IMG/VR virus record: IMGVR_UViG_3300017909_004860
Span: 1 to 29,091 of that record
Source: a virus
Taxonomy: Duplodnaviria; Caudoviricetes
Direction: 5' to 3' (one strand)
Length of the DNA stretch: 29,091 bases
The position numbers were made by a program, and so were the translations under genes. A model generated the notes under the pieces. The model was not told the DNA's origin and did not search any database. It saw only the letters and a list, made by a program, of their open reading frames with translations. Below, in pieces: positions 16,918-23,790 of the stretch; positions within the stretch are counted from its first letter, which is position 1, and every line of letters begins with the position of its first letter.

Positions 16918-17522
16918 ATCTCCCCCGCGTATTGGGCCTTTACAGCCCCGTCCCGCAGCAGGGCAAATCAACGGTCGCCAAGTACCTCAAAACTCGATAC
17001 GGCTATCAAGTTGTGAGCTTCGCCACTCCCCTCAAACGGATGGCAACCCAGTTCTTGCACGCCATGGGCTACAGCCCGTTTGAGATTGACGGCTTCCTCT
17101 CCGAGGGGAAAAGCACGCGCCTCGCTGAGATCACCGTCGACACCCGCCACATCCTCCAAACCCTCGGCACCGAATGGGGCAGGGACTGCATCCACCCTGA
17201 TGTGTGGGTGATGTGCTGGAAACGTCAGGTCAACTCCTTCCTCCAAATGGGCATCCCGGTGGTCTGCGACGACTTGCGGTTCATCAACGAGTACCGCGCT
17301 CTCCGCCACATCGCCCCCGAGACAGCGTTCTGGCGGATCACCCGCTCCAGTTTTTACGATCAAATCGCCAGCCACCCGAGCGAAGGCTTTGCTGAAAACA
17401 ACAGCAATGTTTTTATCGACGCTGAAATCCACAACTTCCACAGCTTGGACGATCTAACAAAACAGATCGATCAAATGCTCGAAACTCCTCAGCACAATGC
17501 CATCCCAGTCCGAAGCGATTAA
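16914..17522 (+). CDS. Deoxynucleoside monophosphate kinase
   Basis: QQGKSTVA, SFATPLK, RHILQTLGTEWGR, VVCDDLRFINE, HPSE. Confidence 0.9.
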   Translation: MNLPRVLGLYSPVPQQGKSTVAKYLKTRYGYQVVSFATPLKRMATQFLHAMGYSPFEIDGFLSEGKSTRLAEITVDTRHILQTLGTEWGRDCIHPDVWVMCWKRQVNSFLQMGIPVVCDDLRFINEYRALRHIAPETAFWRITRSSFYDQIASHPSEGFAENNSNVFIDAEIHNFHSLDDLTKQIDQMLETPQHNAIPVRSD

Positions 17523-17796
17523 GCGAGCAGAACGCAACGCTGAGCAGGATTGGTTTCTGACTGCAGAGCGTTGTCTCCGGCTCGTCGCCCGCAAAAAGCA
17601 GAGCTTTACCAGTGACGACGTTTGGGAGCAACTCCGCGACTTCAACGTCCAAACAAAAGACAATCGCGCTATGGGCGCAGTTTTCAAAAACGCATACCGC
17701 GACCACCTAATCGTTCCCGTCAACCAATGGCAAGAATCACGTCGAAGAGTGGCTCACCGGAGACCAGTTCGGTTGTGGAAAAGCCTGCTTATGTAG
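17497..17796 (+). CDS. Hypothetical phage protein (FTSDDVW...RAMGAVF...S.R..AH.RP.RLWKS; winged-helix-like)
   Basis: Fills the operon; protein-like composition. Confidence 0.7.
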   Translation: MPSQSEAIKRAERNAEQDWFLTAERCLRLVARKKQSFTSDDVWEQLRDFNVQTKDNRAMGAVFKNAYRDHLIVPVNQWQESRRRVAHRRPVRLWKSLLM

Positions 17797-18422
17797 AGCC
17801 AGCCGTTGAATTCGTTCATTGCACGAAGGACGCTGAGAAGCTGGTGGTCCAGATGGCCCGCGTCTCCAACCCCGAGAACGGCCAGAACTGGAACACCGGT
17901 CCAAAGCTCATCCGCTTTCTAATGAAGCATGAGCATTGGAGCCCGCTGGAGATGGTTTCGTTCTGCGTCAAAATACGCACTACCAGGGACATCTCAGCCC
18001 AACTGACGCGGCATTGGTCGATGCGTTTTCAGGAATACTCCCAGAGATATTCCAAAGTAGAAAAGCCCTCTGTCCCAGTTTTGCGTAAACAGGGAAAGAC
18101 CAACCGGCAAACTTCAACCGATGACCTACCCGAGGATATCAAGCATAAGTTTGAGGACAAAATCAGTGACTTATTTGTCCAGACCCATTCCCTCTACGAA
18201 GAGATGCTCGAAGCGGGTGTTGCAAGAGAAAGCGCCCGCCGAATATTACCGATGTGCAGCAGAACTGATTTATACATGCATGGCAACGCAAGATCTTGGA
18301 TTACTTTTCTCAAAACACGACTTGCACCTGACGCTCAGCCAGAGTGCCAGGACATTGCTAGACAGATAAAAGACATTTTTGTAGTCATGTTCCCTCATAT
18401 CAGTGAGGCAGCGGATCTATGA
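17775..18422 (+). CDS. thyX: FAD-dependent thymidylate synthase ThyX (start uncertain: GTG 17775 or ATG 17727)
   Basis: MARVSNP, HEHWSPLE, RDISAQLTRHWSMRFQEYSQRY, GVARESARRILP, GNARSW, AQPE. Confidence 0.93.
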   Translation: MEKPAYVEPAVEFVHCTKDAEKLVVQMARVSNPENGQNWNTGPKLIRFLMKHEHWSPLEMVSFCVKIRTTRDISAQLTRHWSMRFQEYSQRYSKVEKPSVPVLRKQGKTNRQTSTDDLPEDIKHKFEDKISDLFVQTHSLYEEMLEAGVARESARRILPMCSRTDLYMHGNARSWITFLKTRLAPDAQPECQDIARQIKDIFVVMFPHISEAADL

Positions 18423-18652
18423 ATACTGAAAGTTTGGTCGATTTTGTGTCACGCGCTCCGTTCACAACACTCCGCGTCTGGCACAGAGCGAAGCCGCATT
18501 TGAATATGCTCAACGCAATTGAGCGAACCTACGGAGCGCGTGAGGCCAGGGTCTGGCTCACTGGACGGGTAGTCCTTGATGAGCAACGAGAGTTTCGCAC
18601 CGCTCACTTTCAACCTAATGCGAACGCCCAGATCCCGCATGACACCGATTGA
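18419..18652 (+). CDS. Hypothetical protein
   Basis: ATGA overlap with the thyX stop. Confidence 0.55.
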   Translation: MNTESLVDFVSRAPFTTLRVWHRAKPHLNMLNAIERTYGAREARVWLTGRVVLDEQREFRTAHFQPNANAQIPHDTD

Positions 18653-18751
18653 ACCCATATCTGTACTTAAAAGAACGTCCCACCCTTTACTCATGCGCAG
18701 AAGAAGCACATACTTAGTTTTGACTAACCAAATTTGGGTAGCAACCCCCTA

Positions 18752-19594
18752 ATGACCGACTCTGAGCTACGCAGCTACCTCCGAGATATTGGTCGCCACC
18801 CAATTCTGTCCAAACAAAGTCAACTTCTTCACTGCAAACACATTCGTACGTGGATTGACTGGCCTGATGGTCGAGACGCAGCGCCCAACCGTGTGAAACG
18901 AATGGGTAAACGTTCGATGGACATCATGGTGACGACCAACCTGCGTCTGGTCGTTTCAATCGCCAAGAAGTTCCAGAACCGTGGCCTCGACCTTCTCGAC
19001 CTAATCCAAGAAGGCAATCTCGGTCTCATCCGTGGCTTGGAGCTATTCGACCCCACCCGGGGCTACTCCGTCTCCACATACGTCTATTGGTGGATTCGCC
19101 AGGGGATCACCCGTTCGATCCTCATGACAAGCCGCACAATTCGCCTTCCTGTACAGATCAGCGAAACCCATAGCAAAGCAAGCCGCTTCATCAGTGAGCA
19201 CACCGCCCGCACAGGCGCAGCGCCCACCCCCGAGCAAGTAGCAGCCCACATCAAGATGAGCATCCACAAGATGGAGAAGCTCTTCAACGCCGTCGCCATC
19301 GCCCAATGCGCCTCTCTCGATTCGATGCAGCCCGACACCGGATCTCCTTATTCAGAAATCATCCCTTGCAAGCGCCAATCCCCCGAGAACTACACCGAGC
19401 AGCTTGAAACAAAGGAAACGATCAATGACCTCCTCAATGCCCTGGACGAAGACATCCGTGAAATCGTGGAGCGCACTGTCCTCGATTCGCACCAAATAAA
19501 AGAAGTCAGCGCGGACATGGAAGTCAGCACGCATCGCGTCAAAAAGCTCCAGATCGAGGGTCTAAAACACCTAGCGCCGCGCCTCGCAGCCTGA
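18752..19594 (+). CDS. RNA polymerase sigma70-family factor (cyanobacterial group-2-like)
   Basis: YLRDIGRHPIL, NLRLVVSIAKK, LLDLIQEGNLGLIRGLELFDPTRGY..STY.YWWIRQGITR, RTIRLP. Confidence 0.95.
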   Translation: MTDSELRSYLRDIGRHPILSKQSQLLHCKHIRTWIDWPDGRDAAPNRVKRMGKRSMDIMVTTNLRLVVSIAKKFQNRGLDLLDLIQEGNLGLIRGLELFDPTRGYSVSTYVYWWIRQGITRSILMTSRTIRLPVQISETHSKASRFISEHTARTGAAPTPEQVAAHIKMSIHKMEKLFNAVAIAQCASLDSMQPDTGSPYSEIIPCKRQSPENYTEQLETKETINDLLNALDEDIREIVERTVLDSHQIKEVSADMEVSTHRVKKLQIEGLKHLAPRLAA

Positions 19595-19621
19595 TAAACT
19601 ACCAATCGACTCCGCCTCCAT

Positions 19622-19960
19622 ATGCCAAGACCGGTCCAATTCACAGACGCAGCTGTAATTGCGGCGATGGAAGAGCACTACATCCGCCACGGCTTCGTCA
19701 AGGTGAGCGCCGTCGCCGAGGAAATGGGCATGCACCGCGTCTACCTATCCCAGCGTCTTACCAAGATGTCAAAGGAAGGCGTAATCACCCCCGAGCAACT
19801 GCAAGAGTGGCGCAACCCCGCCGCCCGCAGCCAAGCCAGCGGAGCTAGCACATTTCGCGTCACCGTGCGGCTCACCCCCGAGAATTATGGATGGCTCAAA
19901 TCTCAGCCCCACGGAGCCTCCGAGACAATCAACGGGTTGATAAATATGTGCCGAAAGTAG
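19622..19960 (+). CDS. Putative DNA-binding protein (HTH plus RHH-like C-terminus)
   Basis: VSAVAEEMGMHRVYLSQRL HTH; VTVRLTPENYGWL. Confidence 0.6.
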   Translation: MPRPVQFTDAAVIAAMEEHYIRHGFVKVSAVAEEMGMHRVYLSQRLTKMSKEGVITPEQLQEWRNPAARSQASGASTFRVTVRLTPENYGWLKSQPHGASETINGLINMCRK

Positions 19961-20146
19961 GAGCACATATGTGTTAAATAGGAACAGATATATATATACT
20001 TAATATAACGTCACACTCACACTCATATGCGCTCTCACACTCCCGCGCGGCGGGCGGCTGAGGCTGTGGTGCTCTGGTACGTTTGAACTACTCTCAGAAT
20101 CGTCTCGTTTCGTCTCGGCCTGCTACGGCTCCCAGTGGCTCCCATT

Positions 20147-20214
20147 GTGCCAATTGGCAAACCGGAACTCATTAGCCTTTAAACCCTACCAATCGCCGCC
20201 GGATCCTGTAGGAT
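20147..20214 (+). promoter_or_regulatory. Putative early promoter with an upstream imperfect palindrome
   Basis: -10 TAGGAT at 20209-20214; weak -35 CTACCA 17 bp upstream; GTGCCAATT-GGCA-AACCGGAAC at 20147-20168. Confidence 0.4.
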
Positions 20215-20256
20215 ATGCACAAGCGAGAGGGAGGCCAACCGGCCAAACTCAAGCCC

Positions 20257-20268
20257 GAACCTTGAAAA
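20257..20268 (+). promoter_or_regulatory. rRNA-type BoxA antitermination site, preceded by a BoxB-like hairpin
   Basis: GAACCTTGAAAA matches the BoxA consensus of cyanobacterial rRNA operon spacers as I recall it; hairpin GAG..GGCC-AACC-GGCC..CTC at approx 20225-20250. Confidence 0.7.
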
Positions 20269-20274
20269 CCTAGT

Positions 20275-20349
20275 TTAACGTTTGCGCCACGATTTTGGTG
20301 CAGAGCGTTCGTAACGTGCGGTAAGTCCAGAGGACCGCGCAAACGTTAA
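20275..20349 (+). ncRNA. Multi-branched structured RNA element in the early leader, unclassified
   Basis: 13-bp closing stem TTAACGTTTGCGC/GCGCAAACGTTAA enclosing three short hairpins. Confidence 0.5.
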
Positions 20350-20398
20350 GCTTACATATTGTGTTGGCGCGTACGCTTCCGCGCCATTAATGGAAGCT

Positions 20399-20459
20399 GA
20401 TTCTCTCTTTTAATGCTTCCCGATTATTAATTAATCGGGTGCATTTAATGAGGGATTCT
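20399..20459 (+). other. Long imperfect hairpin (RNase III-like processing site or terminator)
   Basis: CTC..TTAATGC..CCCGATTA-TTAAT-TAATCGGG.GCATTTAA.GAG. Confidence 0.5.
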
Positions 20460-20499
20460 TTCTCTCTCAATCCACTCATTCTCATAGGAGGTTCTTTCG

Positions 20500-20757
20500 A
20501 TGGAATTAATTTCTCAATACAATGTAAGCATGCCCTGCTTTGCATTGGCTCGTTTATTTAATGACGATTACACTGGAGATTTATCTCCAAACGATATTAA
20601 GGCAATTGATGCATTTAAAGAAGATTTGCCAAAACACCATTCTTTATGTGTTGATTCGTTCGATACTTTCTTTGACAAGTATCACGATTTAGAAGGATAT
20701 GGCGTATTGGCTACAACTTGCCAGTGGGTAAAAGTTTCAGAATATAAGCCTTATTGA
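20500..20757 (+). CDS. Hypothetical early protein
   Basis: AGGAGG Shine-Dalgarno and the repeat motif upstream; ARLFNDDYTGDLS..D pattern. Confidence 0.75.
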   Translation: MELISQYNVSMPCFALARLFNDDYTGDLSPNDIKAIDAFKEDLPKHHSLCVDSFDTFFDKYHDLEGYGVLATTCQWVKVSEYKPY

Positions 20758-20816
20758 TTTTATGGGGAGATAATCTCCCCTCATTTTCTCACTCAATCCT
20801 CTCATTCTCTCAGAAA

Positions 20817-21689
20817 ATGTCTCACACTCGTCCTCTCAAAATTCGCAAAGCTCAAGAAAAATACAACATTGGTGAGTTATTAACATTCACCAATCCAAAA
20901 GTTCTCAAGTCTCAAAAAGTTTTAGACATTCCAACAGCAGTTTTACACTTGCTGCCAAAATATCGCGGAACGTGTCCTTTCGCTGGCACTTGTTCTGCAA
21001 TATGTTTGCACGGTGCTGGCAATCCTGCTTACTTCAAAGGCAAGAATTCTGCCCGCAAAAACCGCACAGATTTTTTCATGGATGATCGCGAATTGTTCAT
21101 GGAGTATCTTTTAATCGAACTTGTTAAGTTCCGCTTCAAAAATATCACCGCAAAAACTTGTGGTTTCCGTGGCAATGGTACGTCAGACATTCGATGGGAA
21201 CGTGAATCAATCACGGTAACTTACGAAGTTTCAGCGTATCTTTATCGTGCTTACGGTTTCTACATTTTGCCAGGCAGATACAGAAACATTTTCTACGCTT
21301 TGCGTGAATGTTCTACTTGGTATTCTTACCCTGAAGTTTCCGGCAAAAATATGTTCCACTTCTACGATTATACAAAGCGGACAGATCGCTTGTTCCATAT
21401 TTGCAAGCATGATGGTTATCATCTTACAATGTCAATCGGCTCATCTGGCAATGCTTTGCAGACAGCTTTAGACGAAGGGCTTAACATTGCCGCTGCATTT
21501 AACATTCCACGCGGTAAAGATCTCCCTCTGTTTGTCAACATAGAAGGCTACGACTATCCTGTCTTAGACGGAGATGTTACAGACTTCCGTCCATTTGATG
21601 CATCTGACAAACGTTATGTTGTCGGTCTACGCATGAAACGTGTTCCCGGCATGACTCAAAAACAAGTCTCCAATTTTGTTGTCGCTTAA
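20817..21689 (+). CDS. Gp88-like phage protein (Cys cluster CPFAGTCSAICL, radical-SAM-like fold suspected)
   Basis: TCPFAG.C..ICL..AG, RGNGTSDI.WE, FYDYTK, YHLT.S, V.DGD..DFR..D...VVGLR.K; ATG 20817 follows the repeat motif. Confidence 0.8.
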   Translation: MSHTRPLKIRKAQEKYNIGELLTFTNPKVLKSQKVLDIPTAVLHLLPKYRGTCPFAGTCSAICLHGAGNPAYFKGKNSARKNRTDFFMDDRELFMEYLLIELVKFRFKNITAKTCGFRGNGTSDIRWERESITVTYEVSAYLYRAYGFYILPGRYRNIFYALRECSTWYSYPEVSGKNMFHFYDYTKRTDRLFHICKHDGYHLTMSIGSSGNALQTALDEGLNIAAAFNIPRGKDLPLFVNIEGYDYPVLDGDVTDFRPFDASDKRYVVGLRMKRVPGMTQKQVSNFVVA

Positions 21690-21790
21690 CCAACTCATGA
21701 ACAGACTCATTTCACACAATTCCAGAACATCTCCATTGTTCTGGATTGGTGTTCTCTTTGGCCTCTCACTTTCCATCTTCATTATTAACA

Positions 21791-21943
21791 ATGAACTATC
21801 AAATGCCGCGCAATCTTCCAGAACCTGCCCATCTTTTGGATCCACCGGAAGCATTCCAGGACGATGCTTTTGCGGAGGAAAATGAAATAGAAAAAGAGCA
21901 AAAATTAATTGATCGTTATCTCGATTATTTAGACGACTTTTAA
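21791..21943 (+). CDS. Small acidic hypothetical protein
   Basis: ATG 21791; abuts the next ORF; competes with overlapping ORF 21697-21885. Confidence 0.45.
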   Translation: MNYQMPRNLPEPAHLLDPPEAFQDDAFAEENEIEKEQKLIDRYLDYLDDF

Positions 21944-21945
21944 TC

Positions 21946-22122
21946 ATGCCAACTCGAATCAAACTCATTAAAGTTACTGTCGAACTTTTTGACGGCAAAG
22001 TAACATCTTGGATTGAAAGCTCACGCTTAAAAGATCCTTGCCCCAAGATTAATAATCGAGTTCTAAACCAACTTAACGGTTTAAATGTTCGTGAAGTTGC
22101 CACAGAACTTGTTCACAAATAA
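21946..22122 (+). CDS. Small hypothetical protein (58 aa, absent from the ORF track)
   Basis: MPTRIKLIKVTVELFDGKVTSWIESSRLKDPCPKINNRVLNQLNGLNVREVATELVHK; fills the gap exactly. Confidence 0.65.
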   Translation: MPTRIKLIKVTVELFDGKVTSWIESSRLKDPCPKINNRVLNQLNGLNVREVATELVHK

Positions 22123-22161
22123 CCCTCTCTCTCTCAATCCACACAATCTCTCACACTCGTC

Positions 22162-22521
22162 ATGTCTATTTCTTACGTCTCATCCTCAAAAATCAAACTA
22201 TGTGAAACTTTTGACACTGATTCAAACATGGGTCAGCTCATTCAAAAAGCTGCAGCAATGCAAGCACAATACAAACTATTAGAAGCAGAACTAAAGCAAT
22301 TCCGTGAGATTGCAACAGAGTATCTTGTCAAAGAAAATCTTGATCAACTTAAGTGCGGCGACTTTACTGTCTCCAAATCAACGCGAAATAACTGGACTTA
22401 TTCCAACAAACTAGAACTAGAAATTGAGCGCATAAACATTGACAAAAAATGGGAAGAACGCAAAGGCATTGCCACAACTGACCCCACAATTTCCTGCACA
22501 ATCCGCACAAACACAAAATGA
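22162..22521 (+). CDS. Hypothetical phage protein (coiled coil plus RNNWTYS motif)
   Basis: Preceded by the repeat motif; ATGA coupled to the next gene. Confidence 0.7.
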   Translation: MSISYVSSSKIKLCETFDTDSNMGQLIQKAAAMQAQYKLLEAELKQFREIATEYLVKENLDQLKCGDFTVSKSTRNNWTYSNKLELEIERINIDKKWEERKGIATTDPTISCTIRTNTK

Positions 22522-22712
22522 CTCTCACTGAAACCATCGACTACATCGAAAAAGAATGGCCAGCCATTCTTGACGCCAACGGCTGCGCCCGTTGGATCCT
22601 CAAGCTAACAAATAACACTCCTCAGCTACCTGTTTATTTAAGCCCCAACGTTCGTCTAAACAACGTTCTTGACGAACTCTGCTGTTTCTGGATGCGCCAC
22701 GAACATGACTGA
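22518..22712 (+). CDS. Hypothetical protein
   Basis: ATGA coupling. Confidence 0.6.
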   Translation: MTLTETIDYIEKEWPAILDANGCARWILKLTNNTPQLPVYLSPNVRLNNVLDELCCFWMRHEHD

Positions 22713-22854
22713 ACAAGAACTCAGGGAAAAATACGGTTACTGGGGTAGCCACCCGGACTACCCAATCACTGACTGGATAGCTGAAGTGACCAATAACGAA
22801 ACCCGTAACGGGTATTGGTCTTGGGTTGAAGCATGCCTTTTCACTGACTCATGA
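22705..22854 (+). CDS. Small Trp-rich hypothetical protein (WGSHPDYP..DW..EV.N.ETR.GYW.WV)
   Basis: ATG 22705 overlaps the previous gene end. Confidence 0.65.
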   Translation: MTEQELREKYGYWGSHPDYPITDWIAEVTNNETRNGYWSWVEACLFTDS

Positions 22855-23003
22855 TGGACTTTCACCCCTCCATGAACGACAAAGATTTTGTCGATTTTCT
22901 GTTCACAAAGTTGTGCGGCCACGTTGATCTCCCCGAGATCGATCTGCACGACGACGACTCCTGCTGCGACCACCTGATTTTTCAACAACATGAACACGAC
23001 TGA
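22851..23003 (+). CDS. Small acidic hypothetical protein (50 aa; DFVDFLF...IDLHDDDSCCDHL)
   Basis: ATGA overlap with the previous stop; absent from the ORF track. Confidence 0.6.
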   Translation: MMDFHPSMNDKDFVDFLFTKLCGHVDLPEIDLHDDDSCCDHLIFQQHEHD

Positions 23004-23208
23004 AAAAACCATCAAGTACACGCTCGAACTAACCGAGTTCGACTGGCAAATAATGCGCAAAGCCGTTCAGGAATATGCGAGCGACCTATCAAATAGGTCG
23101 CGCATTTCTAGTGGCCGGATTGCCGTTGCAGCTGAACGCTACGGCTGCCGCCTGTATTGCCAATCCCTGTCTCGCGCTCTGAAGCAAATCCCCAAAGCAA
23201 CTGACTGA
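22990..23208 (+). CDS. Hypothetical protein
   Basis: 72-aa ORF in the operon. Confidence 0.55.
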   Translation: MNTTEKTIKYTLELTEFDWQIMRKAVQEYASDLSNRSRISSGRIAVAAERYGCRLYCQSLSRALKQIPKATD

Positions 23209-23269
23209 TGACCCATAGGGGGCTGCGCATCCTTTCCACGCAGGTCTTCATCTCTCTCAATCCACTCTC

Positions 23270-23476
23270 ATGAACATCTACAGCACCCTCACCAATCAAA
23301 TCTCCAAAATCCTGTCTGAGCACCCCCACGGCCTGCGCCAGAGCCAGATCGCAGCGAAGCTCGGCATCCCCCGAGCAAAGGACAACAACTGGATCGCCTA
23401 CTACCTGCTCAAAGCGATGCAAGACGAAGGTCTTGTAACGAAAGACAACCAGAAAACGTTCTTTCTGGCCCAGTAA
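23270..23476 (+). CDS. Small winged-helix DNA-binding protein
   Basis: ILSEHPHGLRQSQIAAKLGI...YYLLKAMQDEGLVTK; repeat motif directly upstream. Confidence 0.75.
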   Translation: MNIYSTLTNQISKILSEHPHGLRQSQIAAKLGIPRAKDNNWIAYYLLKAMQDEGLVTKDNQKTFFLAQ

Positions 23477-23582
23477 CCAGTTCAGAACGCTTGCACTTTC
23501 TGACCAAAGTGCTTAAGCTCCTTTCTGAGGAGAGATCCCCCGCTCTCCTCGCCTTTCTCAATCCACTCACCTGTTCTCAGAA

Positions 23583-23756
23583 ATGGCTTCCACCTACCTG
23601 ACCAAAGCTCAGCGCCAGATCCTGATCGATGAATACATCGATCAAGCCGAAGAAATGGGCGAAGACTGCTCACCCGAGCGTCTGGCCAGCCTCAACAACG
23701 TTGAGCTGATCGAGGAATGCGTTGCATTCATGCCCGACTGTCTCGACGCCCTCTGA
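23583..23756 (+). CDS. Small acidic hypothetical protein (57 aa, absent from the ORF track)
   Basis: MASTYLTKAQRQILIDEYIDQAEEMGEDCSPERLASLNNVELIEECVAFMPDCLDAL, flanked by two repeat copies. Confidence 0.7.
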   Translation: MASTYLTKAQRQILIDEYIDQAEEMGEDCSPERLASLNNVELIEECVAFMPDCLDAL

Positions 23757-23790
23757 TCCCTTCTCAATCCAGTCACTTGCTCTCAGAACA

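Noticed and set aside
20235-20345. Twister ribozyme (CAAGCCCG, GCAGAG and TAA fragments)
   Set aside because: The fragments are not in an order or pairing compatible with twister permutations
20754-20816. Longer ORF-track starts for the gp88-like gene (20754), DUF932 (23722), dNMP kinase (16797) and ThyX (17622)
   Set aside because: The extensions run through intergenic hairpins, repeats or upstream genes; downstream starts fit the coupling and repeat motif better
21697-21885. Membrane-protein ORF overlapping 21791-21943
   Set aside because: About 95 bp of out-of-frame overlap with a better-coupled ORF; could not decide, so not listed as a feature
23205-23250. Hammerhead ribozyme (CTGATGA followed by a small stem)
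   Set aside because: No GAAA after stem II and no stem I/III pairing with a cleavage triplet
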